A stretch of 63,274 bases of DNA, counting the filler, from Collodictyon triciliatum (lineage: Eukaryota): assembly GCA_043381765.1 (NCBI GenBank). It is 37 parts of 37 records of this genome, joined end to end, with 100 filler letters (N's around TTAATTAATTAA, not from the genome) between each part and the next. Parts side by side here need not be neighbours in the genome. Positions count along the whole stretch, not along the records: positions 1 to 1,620 come from JBHJMP010010601.1; positions 1,721 to 3,340 come from JBHJMP010010602.1; positions 3,441 to 5,059 come from JBHJMP010010603.1; positions 5,160 to 6,778 come from JBHJMP010010604.1; positions 6,879 to 8,495 come from JBHJMP010010605.1; positions 8,596 to 10,212 come from JBHJMP010010606.1; positions 10,313 to 11,928 come from JBHJMP010010607.1; positions 12,029 to 13,647 come from JBHJMP010010608.1; 29 more parts are not named here. One strand, 5' to 3'. Each line of letters begins with the position of its first letter. The stretch's first letter is position 1. Positions 1-14,112 of this stretch are shown one piece after another. The notes under the pieces are model-generated. The model had not been told where the DNA came from, did not search any database, and was given only the letters and a program-made list of their open reading frames with translations. Both the position numbers and the translations under genes were made by a program.

Positions 1-285
1 GGTTGACTGGTTCCAAAGAGCCTCGCTTGTTCCCCGGAGCTACTGCCTCGAATGCTTTTGTACAGCACAGGCCTGATGAACGCTATTTATGAATTTTACT
101 GTGATATGATGAGTCCAGTGCTGGAAAATTAACATCTGGACTAGTATCAAGGGACGGAAGGCAGAATGATGCGGTGCAGATACAAGCAAAAGGCTTGATG
201 ATATTTGCGATATGAGAGTTTATTCATGGGGATGGATTCATCGTGGATGCCTATGAATGCTCATGAATATCATGAAGAGATCTTT

Positions 286-1186
<901 letters not shown>

Positions 1187-1620
1187 AGCTTACTTGACGC
1201 CCGGTTTGTTCGGCTTATCTGTGTAATTAAAAGAGTTGGCTTGCTATGACTTTTTCTGGATTAAATCAAAAAGATTATTTGAAGTGAAAGTTAGAAAAAG
1301 AAAAAAAGAACAGCTTAATAAAAAAAAACAAAACAAATGAAAAACAAATGAAAAACAAATGAAAAACATGATGGACAAAGCAAAAGATGCAACGAATGAA
1401 AGAATAATTTGAAAAGGGAGCCAAAATAAAGACAAAATTGTGGTAAAGAAAAAAAAATAGTCGTGAAGAAAAAGAAAAGAGCAAAACATACCAAAAAGGC
1501 AATATCAATTAGTGAAAGATAAAAAATAGAATAAAATAGAATAAAATAGAATAAAATAGAATAAAATAGAATAAAATAGAATAAAATAGAATAAAATAGA
1601 ATAAAATAGAATAAAATAGA

Positions 1621-1720
1621 NNNNNNNNNNNNNNNNNNNNNNNNNNNNNNNNNNNNNNNNNNNNTTAATTAATTAANNNNNNNNNNNNNNNNNNNNNNNN
1701 NNNNNNNNNNNNNNNNNNNN
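1621..1720. other. Artificial contig linker (N44-TTAATTAATTAA-N44, stops in all six frames), repeated 36 times through the window
   Basis: Identical spacer about every 1.7 kb; contig lengths fall steadily from 1620 to 1607 bp. Confidence 0.98.
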
Positions 1721-2307
1721 TTTTGCTCATGACCGTAGACTTTGCAGGGAGCTGGTTCTTGTGACAAAGAAGCTTCACCACGGCCGTGTCTGTGAAGAAG
1801 CCTTTGTCCTTTTTGATGTCTACGTGGGTCGGTCTGAACGGCTTCAGCTCCTCACGAATAAGTTGCGGCCACACGCCCAGCGGTAATTGGTAGAGCATCA
1901 CCGAGGTCTCTGTTGGTTTACGTCTGCTGAAGAGGTCCGTAATATACTCAAACTTACCTGCTTCAGCTCCAGAAGCTTTCCGGCGTTTTCTGCAGTGCGG
2001 AAGGCGATCAGGCAAAGGCCTTCTCTGTCCGGTAAGCGCAATTGGATGGACTCTTCCCAAAGTTTGTTCTCTTTCAAGAAGGAGGCGAGCGCATCTGTGA
2101 GCCTTTGGCCTTGTTATTGTTGTATACGACCTGCTCGACCCCGTGCAAAAATACTGTCCGCTTAGACAGACTTGCAGGCGGCTTCCTTGCACGGATCTTC
2201 CAAGACTTCCGCGCAATTTGGGGTTTTTCCGCACCAGCGTTGGAACCAGAAGAACTGGCTGCAACTTGCGAAGCCTTCGACGGGTCGCGGCTTGTGTTTT
2301 CCATCAT
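1721..2307 (-). mobile_element. Frameshifted ORF1 (RRM-like N-terminal part) of an L1/Tx1-type non-LTR retrotransposon
   Basis: Intronless. Frames join to ...SKRTVFLHGV.../SFLKENKLWEESIQLRLPDREGLCLIAFRTAENAGKLLEL/...TSVMLYQLPLGVWPQLIREELKPF...FFTDTAVVKL, the two-RRM pattern of LINE ORF1. Assigned by motif resemblance only. Confidence 0.5.
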
Positions 2308-3440
2308 GTAAAAAGCCTTATTAACGCATAGCGGGCCTATGTGACATACAGAGTCAGTAAGAAGCTGAAGTCTTCAAAAGACAGAGGTTTGCTGAATATG
2401 ATACAAGTTGGCACATGAAAGGTAAATAGTATGTATTCGTTATGAAAAGTCTTGCTTGATACTCCCCTTCCTAGATTCCTTGGCTATCAAAAAAAAGGTC
2501 TGAGAAATGCAACAGGCCCTTTAAATAATAATAAAGCATGGCAAATAATGAGAATGAATCAATGATGGTTTTATAATGAAAAAAAAAGTCTCATCTTGAT
2601 CAATGCAATAAGTCTGGATTAGGCAGATTAGAAGGATTGCCTTGTGTTTCAATAGATTCTGCTTCTATTCCTTGCTCCGCGTGGATAGCAGTGCGGTCGA
2701 GAAGCCTCACAAGACACAAGCCAAGGGGGAGAAATGAGTCCTATTTATTTGACCAAAAAGATGATTGCGTTAGTTGAATGCGTAATGGCCTCAAAAAAGC
2801 ATAGCATGACTGTGTATGATGATATGGATTCATTGTCCTATTAGTCAGACTCGGGCCTAATAATTCATCAGTTAGTTTAGGACTACATACGATTTCAAAA
2901 CACACTCACATCATTATAATTTCCATGGACGAATGCTACCGTTTTTTGCTCTCCTTCGACTGTGTCTTTCGTAAAGTGTGTCGGAAAAAGATCGCCTGAA
3001 GAGTGCAGCGAAGTCCTCAGCAGGGTTGAAGCGAGCCCAAACGATGGAAGTGCTTTTGTCTTCATATTCGCATTTTATTTTGGATTAGTATTTGCAAAAC
3101 CTCTTTTTCCTTCTTCTTAATAATGCTGGCTTCACGGGCGGCCTCGTCGATGTTGTTTAAAGGTCAAAGGAACAAGATACACAAAGGCAGCAGCTCCTCA
3201 CATGAGCTCCTCTCAAAGATTGCAGAATGTCGCAGGATTCGAGTGCGTTTGCTGTTGATTGTTGGTGTGATGTCGCAACAAAAGAATCTCACTTTGATGC
3301 TGTTGGTTGTGTTATTCTGATGTGCAATGCCGTTGGTAACNNNNNNNNNNNNNNNNNNNNNNNNNNNNNNNNNNNNNNNNNNNNTTAATTAATTAANNNN
3401 NNNNNNNNNNNNNNNNNNNNNNNNNNNNNNNNNNNNNNNN

Positions 3441-3600
3441 AAAGGAAAGGAAAGGAAAGGAAAGGAAAGGAAAGGAAAGGAAAGGAAAGGAAAGGAAAGG
3501 AAAGGAAAGGAAAGGAAAGGAAAGGAAAGGAAAGGAAAGGAAGGGAAAGGAAGGGAAAGGAAAGGGAAGGAAAGGAAAGGGAAGGGAAGGAAAGGAAAGG
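3441..3600 (+). repeat. (GGAAA)n microsatellite; representative of many contig-terminal and intronic SSRs (ATAC, AAT, AAAC, ATACA, TTCT, GATT, CA, CT)
   Basis: Tandem repeat visible directly in the sequence. Confidence 0.95.
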
Positions 3601-3679
3601 TGGAAGAGAAGTGGACACAAGAGTCCTACAGAGCTTAAAATGGATGCCCCAAAAGATGCTAAGAAATCGATGATATCAC

Positions 3680-4371
3680 CTGTATGCACCCTCGTCCAAG
3701 AGACTCTTTATTTCCCTGCAAAAAGCGTGTGTAAGGGAGAGTAAATTGGAAGCTAGGTTGCGTGCGCAATAAATAATATACAATATTGAATCAAAAGATA
3801 TTCATGGTACCGGGTCTTACCCTGCTATCCTGGTGCGATAGTTTCCCAGATACTATGTAGCTTATAATTTCCATGTTTGAGTGGGGATGCGCACCGAATC
3901 TAAGTAAATAAATTTGTAGAAGCCCAAAGTATTGCAATTATTACTATTACTACTACTATTGCTGTTGTTATCACTATGATTACGTAGAATGCTACTTAAA
4001 CTGACCCGTTTCGCGGGGTGACTAAGTCATCATTCAAAACTCGCAGAACGCCGAAATTTGTGTTTCTGTGTAACAAATGTAATAGTTTGTAAACTTCGAC
4101 GAGATAATTCAAGCAACTAATCGAAGTTTTTGTGATGATGGTTTGAGAAAAAAAAATAGTAGTTGTCGTGGGAATGATAAAATGATGGCTTTGTTTAAAA
4201 ACATTAGTTAAAGCTACCGATAGAAAACAGTGTAGTGTTTTAGATAATTTATATATCTCGATGTACATACTTCTCGTTGAAATACTCTGCAAAGGAAAAG
4301 TGGAAGCGGGATGTTAACCATCGTGTTGGCCGGGAAAGATACAACTTGTTTGCGGGAATGTGGCGGAACAT
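3680..4371 (-). CDS. Pirin family protein (YhhW-like cupin), 5' exons
   Basis: Exons give MFRHIPANKLYLSRPTRWLTSRFHFSFAEYFNE / NTNFGVLRVLNDDLVTPRNG / FGAHPHSNMEIISYIVSGKLSHQDSR / GNKESLGRGCIQ, with the HPH and HxDS metal motifs. Confidence 0.9.
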
Positions 4372-5293
4372 CGCTGGGCTCGACTGGATCAATTCAAAAA
4401 AATACGGCAACAGCAGTATAAGCAGAGAGTATGCACATAGCTAGGCGGTCGCCAGTTGGAGAAGAGAAAACAGAAGAAGGGTGATAAGGGGGGAAAAAAA
4501 TGAACGAATGCAATACATAGAATGCGATTTAGAGGAGACAAATAAATAAAATAAGATAGTAAAAAGAGTGATGGTGGAAGGAGGGAAGGAAGGTAAAAAG
4601 AAAAAAGAAAAAAGAAAAAAGAAAAAAAGGAACAACGTTTTTAATAAATGACGGGAAAAATGATGTTTTTTTAGGTGAGTGAATGTTGAATCGACCCAAA
4701 AACAAAACAAACAAATAAAAAGCACTCATGTCAAAACTGCGTGATATAAAAAACCGGGATTATAATGATCGGAGTTTATCAAACTACACGTCATCTTTGG
4801 CAGAGCAGGAAGAGCCTGTTACACCGTTTTGGTGTCTATAAATACCTTAGAACTCATGGCGGCGCGCTTTGTGGGCGAACTATGCAGATATCAGCTGAGC
4901 TGTGGACTTGTCAGTTATGGCTCTTTGCAGTTGAATCTGTTCTCTTTTCTGAGCTCTGTGACTTTCCTTTTTCCTTATCTTTTTCTCTTTTTTTTTTTTT
5001 TTTTTTAAAATTTTTTTTTTTTTTTTTTTTTTATTTTTTTTTTTTTCCGTTTTTTTTTTNNNNNNNNNNNNNNNNNNNNNNNNNNNNNNNNNNNNNNNNN
5101 NNNTTAATTAATTAANNNNNNNNNNNNNNNNNNNNNNNNNNNNNNNNNNNNNNNNNNNNAAAAAAAAAAAAAACAAAAAACAAAAAACAAAAAACAAAAA
5201 ACAAAAAACAAAAAACAAAAAACAAAAAACAAAAAACAAAAAACAAAAAACAAAAAAACATAATATATACAAACATACGATTCTAACCAACAG

Positions 5294-6143
5294 GCGGATT
5301 TCACCCCCAAAAAGACACTCGCGTCTACACCCTGGTCAAGCGCTCCGCAATTCCATGCAGTCGGACCCTTTGGCTTTCGGGTAACCAGCTGCTCGGCTTA
5401 CAAGTGCTCACTCAGCGACCTAGGCACAGACGGGACCGGATTACTATATGTTCAGGTGACCCTGCAAACCTCTCAGGGTACGCATGCACATCAGTTGATG
5501 CCGCTCTTTGCATTCTCCCGCGTCCCTGGAGATATCCATCGATTACAAAAACTCCGCAGCATGCGTGAACTCGCAATTACAAACCACCCGCCAACCTTTA
5601 CATGGTACATATCGAACGACCCTCGCAAACCCCGTGGACTCTGCAATTACACACCCATGCATCTGATTCGTTCAACGCTCTGTATCTGCTATGAATTCGA
5701 AAGTAACATACTTTTTATATTATATTATATTATATTGTATCATATTATATTATATGACATTTTCTGATTTAGTGGTTAATTTCCTGTCTGTATCCTATCA
5801 TACATCAGCTGTTCAGGAAGCGTCGTCATCAGCGCATTATATGACATATGAGAATCTATTAACGCTCCCTACCACAGAGCCGCCCAACAAATACGCTCTC
5901 TCATCTGCCCAGAGCCTGACTTTATCGTCTCATTCGCGGCGAGAACTCTTTTCTACAAGAGACCTTCCTATGACCCAGTCGCACGACAAATCCAACATCA
6001 CATATGAGTCGCTTCACGATCCCCTTTTTCATTTCAGCGACGTTTCTTGTGAATATTCGCATTCAGAGGCGTACGGCCGACTTGAAATGCTGTTTAATTC
6101 GACTGAATCCTCTTTCCATCAGTTTCCTCCTGATGCAACCTAG
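5294..6143 (+). CDS. Uncharacterised protein, 3' exons; paralog of 25879-26720 (possible CudA/STAT-like Ig-fold DNA-binding domain)
   Basis: Exon after CAG at 5293 encodes ...GPFGFRVTSCSAYKCSLSDLGTDGTGLLYVQVTLQ...LMPLFAFSR...; a Ser/Thr-rich last exon ends at TAG 6143. Confidence 0.55.
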
Positions 6144-6878
6144 CTGGCTCCCCCTCACAGGCTTCCCCCGTTTTCTGTCGCATGTGCTAGTGTCACCCTA
6201 TACCTTCAACTATACGACCACCCCATTGAATCACTCTATATCTCTTCAACAGTATCCTTAATACTCGAGCTCGTCATATATTCTATCTGATATTACATCA
6301 ACCATCCCCGATTGAGGGCATTTCGAGTCTGCATGGACTCATTGATACGATTTTTACGTTCCCGTCTTAACGCCTCCCAAAGTTGTCAGCATATCTTCTC
6401 GTCATAAAAATAAAGTAACAAAATGGTAAAATCAAACCGAAAAAAAATGGGTAAGAAGAATAAATAAAGCTAGTTGGGTTTGAATAATGACTACGCCGGG
6501 GATATGTTTGTGACGTTTCAGCCACCGCAGGTCTCGTAAGATTCCAGATATCAGGTGGCTAGAATCTGCTTCCTTCTTACGCGGCATGCGAACTGGTCTG
6601 CTTCGGCTATATATGATTAACTCAGTGAGACCAGAAGTACAATGCGCCAGTCAGCCTCGTGCGCGGTCGAACTTGCATCGGGAAACGGAACCTCCCGATC
6701 GATCATTCGTGGCTGACGTACCGCGATCAAAAAGTGCGATTGAGAACGAACTCTTCAAAGACGAAGACTGCTTTGTCCNNNNNNNNNNNNNNNNNNNNNN
6801 NNNNNNNNNNNNNNNNNNNNNNTTAATTAATTAANNNNNNNNNNNNNNNNNNNNNNNNNNNNNNNNNNNNNNNNNNNN

Positions 6879-8186
6879 TGTTGGTTGGACTGTTGGTTGG
6901 ACTGTTGGTTGGACTGTTGGTTGGACTGTTGGTTGGACTGTTGGTTGGACTGTTGGTTGGACTGTTGGTTGGACTGTTTGTTGAATTGTTTGTTGAATTG
7001 TTGGTTGGATTGTTGGTTGGGCAGTTGGTTGGATTGTTGGTTGGGCTGCCGGCTGTGTTTTTGTCACAGCTTGATAATTGGCTAGGCGCTCTGCATGTGT
7101 GAGTGGTTTCGAAGCAGGTTCAGAGGCTTTGGAAACGGGCTCTGGGGTTTTTGAAGGCTCTATTGGTTGGCGAGGTGCTGGGCCTGGACTTGCAGAAATG
7201 ACTCTACTCCGTGATTGCTGGCTTGGAGGAGAAAGGGTTGTGGCGTTTGTGGCTCTACTGATAGGCGTGGATGTCGTGGGTGTCTGTCCAGTTCCTGTTG
7301 TGGGGCTTGGAGAAACTTGCGCACTGGGGGATGCCTGTGGTTTGGTACCGGCAGAGTACGTGATAGCTCGGCTCTTGGGAGCAGCTGCCTCTGTGTTGGA
7401 CTTGGCGGCCGGGTTCAGAGACATGATGGGGTTGCGCTCTTCGAAAATGACCTTGCTTTCCTTGGCAATAGCCTCGAGTCTTTGAATAACCTGGTTGGCA
7501 GTTAAGTTGGATTGGTTAAGTAAATGGGGGTGGCGTCTTTCAGGACTTCAATTATGTCTTTTGAGATGAATATTTCCATGACGCGTAAGCATAGTGGCAA
7601 TTTAAGCGTTGATATTGTTATGGAGAAAATGTATGCCAATAAATTCAGATTTGAGATAAAGTGGAAAGGAAAGAGAAAAAGAAAAAAGAATAAGAAAGGA
7701 CACATTTACCTCTGACATGAGAGGGCGGTCCTTCTGCTCTCCATCCCAACAGTTTTGAATTAATGTCGCAAGGGACGCAGGAATGTTCGAGGGGAGAGGA
7801 GGTCGAAGTCCAGAACACACCTTTATAATCCAAAAATAGTTAAGGGAACCTCCAAGAAAAATGAAAATAAAAGTAAAGTGTAAAGAGGACCCGATTGAGA
7901 AAACAGAAGCGAGATACAATAAAAAGGAATCATAGGTGCATTTCGTTGAAAGCAGTACATCTTGGACGAACATATGGTTTTACAGGTATATATAGTCCGA
8001 TAGTAAGCTATGAGTAGGGGATATAGTATGTTCGCAATGTATTTTTACCAGATTCACAACATGCTCCCATCCTCGCTCATCCACCAGCTTTTCGTGGGGC
8101 TCTTGCCCCGAAAAGAGCTCGCATATAGTGATACCAAAGCTGAAAACATCGGCTTTAAAGTTGTACGGCATACGTTTGTATACCTC
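6879..8186 (-). CDS. Tyrosine-kinase-like (TKL) protein kinase, C-lobe plus Pro/Ser/Thr/Gln-rich tail with (QPTV)n repeat; partial
   Basis: Exons EVYKRMPYNFKADVFSFGITICELFSGQEP / VCSGLRPPLPSNIPASLATLIQNCWDGEQKDRPLMSE / VIQRLEAI... correspond to kinase subdomains VIII-XI. Confidence 0.88.
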
Positions 8187-8303
8187 CTGCGTGAATCAGA
8201 AAGATTGTCAGTTGATATCTTTATCAACATATACATACATACATACATACATACATACATACATACATACATACATACATACATACATACATACATACAT
8301 ACA

Positions 8304-8335
<32 letters not shown>

Positions 8336-8816
8336 CAACGTAAAGGAGGGGAAAGTGAATTAAAGAGACGAAGGTTTGGTAGTGGACATATGATTAAAGA
8401 AGATCAGAAAACATAAAATTATTTTTGTAAAAGAATTGCTGCATTAGGAATATATATTATAGGTTGCTTTTCTACGATATAACAGAGTAAGAAATNNNNN
8501 NNNNNNNNNNNNNNNNNNNNNNNNNNNNNNNNNNNNNNNTTAATTAATTAANNNNNNNNNNNNNNNNNNNNNNNNNNNNNNNNNNNNNNNNNNNNTGTTT
8601 TTTTATTGTTTTTTTATTGTTTTTTTATTGTTTTTTATTGTTTTTTTTATTGTTTTTTTATTATTTATTTCTCTATTTCTCTATTTACTTATTTATTTAC
8701 GTATTTACGTATTTATTTTCTTTTTTAGCTTTGATTGATCATATGCCGGTCAAAATTACATGTATGTACATGCACCATCGAAATACAGCAAACATTCAGA
8801 ATGTAATATAATGCTT

Positions 8817-10114
8817 ACTTGCTGATTTAGCGGTGTGAATTTCTCGACGACAGATTTCATTACTTCCTGTGCAACAATTCCACCCAAATAAGCTCCAATC
8901 GAGGGATGGCACCCCAAAATGCTTCTGGTGATTCTTGCAAATATTTTTCTATCCAACTACATAATCCGGTTGAATGTTAATCAGCATGTATCTTTCTGAT
9001 TGGGTTCAGGGAGTTAGTGTGATGGGATGTCATTTTTCTTCTTTTCGTTTTCCAAAAGTGGGGTATATAATATTACTGTTATATTGAAGAAAGCGCTATA
9101 TTTATCCGAAATATTCAGTATTTGTTCAATTTCTTCCTCCGACAACAATCTGTGAGACATTTTCTTTCCATCAACGAATCTATCGATCGCCTGATGAATA
9201 GCACATAGCTCGAGTGGGCGACCGAACTTGGCAGAGGTAATATCTACCAATCGTGGTTCTTTTAGGCACTGGCTTAGAGATTTCTGCATTGATAAATATC
9301 AAAATAGTATAAGAATTCATTAAATGAATATTGAGTAAAATAAACTTTTGTCCTGGACGTATGTTGATTCAAGGTAAATCGTCCTAATTTTGTCGCATAT
9401 GACATAATGTAATCGAAATGATCACATACGAATGATAACAGATGCGGCCTTTTCACTTCAGTACAAACACCTCCCATCGTAAAAGGTGTGAAGGTCGATG
9501 TATCCCCAATTCGGAAGTTATGACGGTTTATAACTGTACCGAAAGATTTATTACTATTTTATTATTCCTTTCAATTTGTGCAAGATGATGGGAACTGTAT
9601 CGAAGGAGTCATTCAAATGCTCTGAAAATGTCGAAGAATATCGAGGAGGGAAGAATACACGGTTTATAATTTAGCAAGGATTTTCTATACCCTGCACAGT
9701 GTGGACAGTTCCATTGAGCTCAGTCATTCCACCGATTTCTTTGAAAGTGACAAAACTCCCATCTTCAAGCTTATGCAATTGACCTTGAAGTGTAGTGACA
9801 ATACCAGGGTTGGACTATGTATAAGGCACGTGATGTTAAAAAATGATGATGATGATGATGATGATGATATTAGATTCAACTCTGACATACGAAAGATGAG
9901 TATAAGGCCATTTTACCTTTGATACATCTCCAATGAGAAATTTGGCTGGAGTCATTCCGTCTTTGTCTTTGGTCTCAAAACTGTCTCCAAAATCAACAAA
10001 TATTGATGCCAATACGCCAAAGATATTGCAACCAATAAAATGAATCCCCCTTTTTCGGCAATATTGATTCACACGAACTTGAGTTTTCAATGGATAATCC
10101 GCAAGAACAACGCA
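8817..10114 (-). CDS. Ubiquitin-activating enzyme E1 (UBA1/UBA6-like), internal exons (inactive adenylation, FCCH and 4HB regions)
   Basis: VNQYCRKRGIHFIGCNIFGVLASIFVDFGDSF; NPGIVT...HKLEDGSFVTFKEIGGMTELNG; FRIGDTSTF...GGVCTEVKRP; YLGGIVAQEVMKSVVEKFTPLNQ. Confidence 0.88.
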
Positions 10115-10412
10115 CTACAACGTATTATTTTTTTGTTTTTATTTTTTATTTTTTTATTTTTTTATTTTTTTATTTTTTTATTTTTTTATTTTTTTATTTT
10201 TTTATTTTTTTANNNNNNNNNNNNNNNNNNNNNNNNNNNNNNNNNNNNNNNNNNNNTTAATTAATTAANNNNNNNNNNNNNNNNNNNNNNNNNNNNNNNN
10301 NNNNNNNNNNNNGTTCTGTAATTCAGTATTTTAGCTTTATGACTGAATACGGAATATGAATATAATAGTTTTTGTACATTTCATATAATTTGAGGATTGC
10401 TTCTTGGAGATA

Positions 10413-11390
10413 GACCTCAGTGAATATTTCCAGTTTTGCGATGTAGAACCAACCGCACCCAAACCAATGGGCGAAGAGTAACATTAGAAAAAATAGCCGG
10501 AATATCCTAATGCTGTGGTTCCCAAAGCTTTTTTCCAGTGCAGAAAATATCGGAATCAACTGTATCATTCTATGTTGGTGTATTGCTGATTGATTGAATT
10601 TGAAAAAAGTAGAAATAGAAATAAATGGAAAGAGTTAGAATTAGCCCTATAGATTGTTTTAACATATAAATTGATATATCAGATAGCTATTTAAATAATT
10701 GAGGGTATACCTAAGCAAGCGATTGAAGCGACACCATGGAAGTGAATTCAAACCAAATTTCTATATTTGAAGTAATTTTCAGATGTATTGATAGGCACAT
10801 CTGAAAGAGCACGTTGTTGTTTTTGTTTCTCCCTCTTGAAATATGTTTAAAAACGATTGGTTGAAAAGTCAAAAAAAAAAAACCAGAGCTATTAAATCAA
10901 GAGGCAAGGACGCAAGCAGGTGCAGAAGGAAGTCAGACCGGATATATCTCTTGCTGATTAACCCTCTGTTTGTGATTAATTTTCCCGTCCCCTCCAATTA
11001 ACAATAACCAAGTATTAAAAAAAATATAAACCCCTTCCTTCCCTTGAATCGAATAAAGGAAAAAACAATAGCCAAGTACTTTACCAGCCGAAGGCTTGTA
11101 CAGTCTAAAGAAGCACCGGAAAATATAAATATTCAGAGCACTAGCAGACAAATAAACCAAAAATATGGAAATACCTGAGTATAAGCCGTCACGAAATTGA
11201 TGGAGATGTCTAGGATGAAAATCAGATCGAGGACGTAGTCAAGAGCCAACCAGAATGGCAACGGTGTCCAGGAATCAAATCCCCAGGCAGCTCTGTAAGG
11301 AATAAAGGAGCATTCCAAGAGAATCGCTACTGCAAGCAGTATATAAGCAACTCGGCGAGTCACAGAGACTATATTCGGGGGAAAATGTAC
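10413..11390 (-). CDS. Cyclic-nucleotide-gated / KCNH-HCN-type cation channel, S1-S5 exons
   Basis: FIPYRAAWGF...LDYVLDLIFILDISINFVTAY; ISKRYIRSDFLLHLLASLPLDLI; S4 RFNRLLR; RIFRLFFLMLLFAHWFGCGWFYIA. Confidence 0.88.
11044..11065 (+). mobile_element. LINE 3'-tail micro-copy inside a channel-gene intron
   Basis: TTGAATCGAATAAAGGAAAAAA matches the terminus of the LINE 3'UTR at 43139-43170. Confidence 0.65.
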
Positions 11391-11876
11391 AACTTAATCA
11401 GGTGATTTGAATTGAAAAAATCCGTCATCAAATAAGTGTTTTCCCCTATGTTAACGTATTGAAAATTATAAGGACTATCAGCTATTCATGCTAGTGAAAT
11501 GCATTAATATTTGCACCTAGTTTGATATGAAACTTTGCAGACTTGGAATCAGCTATATTCACAGACTTTCACCTTCATAATGTAAATTTAATCGGATGAT
11601 GTGACTTAAAGCTGTATCCGTAAATTAGTATGTGTGAAAGAGTAGGATATGAAATGATTTCAAAACGTATAAATAGGATATACTCACAAGTCAATCGCTG
11701 AATACCACATCTCTTGCAGATAAAGTACAACGTCGGAAAATAGTCCACCTTCTTCTGCATTTTCAGAGGGTAAATCGTTCAGGACAATCAGGGTTCGGCT
11801 GCGATGCAATTTTGATATCTTCGCAGTCCACTGGCCTGAGGCTAATTAAACATCACACAAACACACAAACACACAA

Positions 11877-11928
<52 letters not shown>

Positions 11929-12028
11929 NNNNNNNNNNNNNNNNNNNNNNNNNNNNNNNNNNNNNNNNNNNNTTAATTAATTAANNNNNNNNNNNNNNNN
12001 NNNNNNNNNNNNNNNNNNNNNNNNNNNN

Positions 12029-13340
12029 TATCAAAAGAGAGAACTATGGAATCTTCTCGCCAGTATTTCCTCTAAGAAATCCTCCACCAAAGAGTGAAGG
12101 TATTGGTGGAATATACGGAAATCAATTGATCATTATGGGAGGGATAGGAAGCAGTGGGTTGATGGGAAATGATGTATGGAGCTGGGATACAGGTACGAAT
12201 TCATCAATACAACTGATAATACATAGTTTCTTTTCGTTTAAGTAAATTCTGAAAAGAAATAATTCGTGGATTAAATTTTAACTGAATCATTAGACCTGAA
12301 CTCATGGGCAGACTCTTCAATATTTCGAGTGCCCATTCATCGAACTGAAGCAGGGATTGTAAAGGAGAGTTACTCTTCGTTTCTAGTTTTTGGAGGCTCA
12401 ACAAACTACATCGGAGAAACTCTATTGAATGATTTGTGGCGTTTTAATCATAGTTCGTTTTCTTTATGAAAAAATATAGCAATAACTATAGTTCATAATT
12501 AGATAAAATGTAAACTGATACTCAAAAAAGAACATGTGTATGACTCTGAAGCAAAAAACTCCTGGACTCTGATTGAAAGAGAGTCGAACGGGAATAAACC
12601 TTACGGGAGGGCTGGTGCGATGATGGCGATATATAGCGACAAGGTTTACGTGTTCGGTGGGAGGACATCTGTCCGTGTCGATGACCATCTGTTATGGAGT
12701 TATGACCTCGGTATATAAAAATGAAGAAGAATAAAAAAAACATTTGGGTTAGATTTGGTATAATTGCATTTTTCTAATGTGAATATTTTATATAAAAAAT
12801 CCAAGGAACGGAGAAATGGGCTCATAATGATATCGCTGCATCCCTGAGAGCCAACGAAAGACCTTTCAATCGTGTTGGAGCCCAATCAATCCAAATCGGA
12901 AAAAGCGTTTGGATATGGGGTGGTCAAGTAAAGTCTGATTCCATCGCAGGGTTGTATTTTATGTAAATTCAATCATAAATTTTACTCCAAAAAAATCTAC
13001 AGCTAGCCATGGGTCTTGAGAATGTGGAGCGATATGCTTCTATATTTGTAATCGATTTAGAGAAAGAGACCATTGAAAGCAAGGTGTCAAAAACGCTAGA
13101 CCCGGTACGCAGCCAATCTCTCCATTTCGCCGTTATGTATATTTTGAAAAAAAAACATGAATTTTAAGTTTTAGAGGCCAAGTAAATTAGTATTTTAAAA
13201 AAATCATATCGTCCGATATGGCCCGCCAGAACACAAGACAATATCACGGCATGGTCCAAACAAGTGAAAACATAATATCCGTGTTTGGAGGAGAGTCTTT
13301 CGATGGGAAGTTATATTCAGACATATGGGACCTGGACATA
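12029..13340 (+). CDS. Kelch-repeat protein, internal exons
   Basis: Repeats LIIMGG...NDVWSWD; FGG...LLNDLWRFN; PYGRAGAMMAIYSDKVYVFGG...LWSYDL; RQYHGM...ISVFGGE...YSDIWDLD. Confidence 0.85.
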
Positions 13341-13937
13341 AGTGATTTTAATTTTTCTATATGGATTACGTTTTTCAAATGATTATACCATACTTTATTA
13401 ATTTTACATCCTAATTTACTCTTCATTAGCAATCTTTGAGTGGAAGAAAAGAAACTTTGAGTCTGATGGTATGAGGCTATCAAGATTTTCAGCTGTGAAC
13501 TTAAATGATAACTTCGTTGGGTTCGGAGTTAACTTAGCTGGCGAGAATTCAGCTTGGCTGATTCAGAGAAGTAAAAAAAAAAATTCGCATTCTGCTTTTG
13601 GTGGCGCGCACTTATGATTGTTACTCAAAATATTTCCTACTTTAATTNNNNNNNNNNNNNNNNNNNNNNNNNNNNNNNNNNNNNNNNNNNNTTAATTAAT
13701 TAANNNNNNNNNNNNNNNNNNNNNNNNNNNNNNNNNNNNNNNNNNNNTGTTTACATTACCAAACTAAATATCAATTATTAGGAGAGAAATAAAATTCTAT
13801 ATTTTTTTTAAAAATTTTGACCCGTTCAACTTTTCAATTTATGTGAAAAGAACCCCTCATTTCTTTCAGAATATAAATATTCCACGTTACTAGCTCATAT
13901 AACCAATTAATTTTACACAACGCATGCACCAGATAAT

Positions 13938-14012
<75 letters not shown>

Positions 14013-14017
14013 CTTCT

Positions 14018-14112
<95 letters not shown>

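Noticed and set aside
3441-3600. (GGAAA)n and other contig-end repeats as telomeres
   Set aside because: Many different motifs occur at contig ends and inside introns, so these are ordinary SSR assembly breaks, not one telomeric unit.
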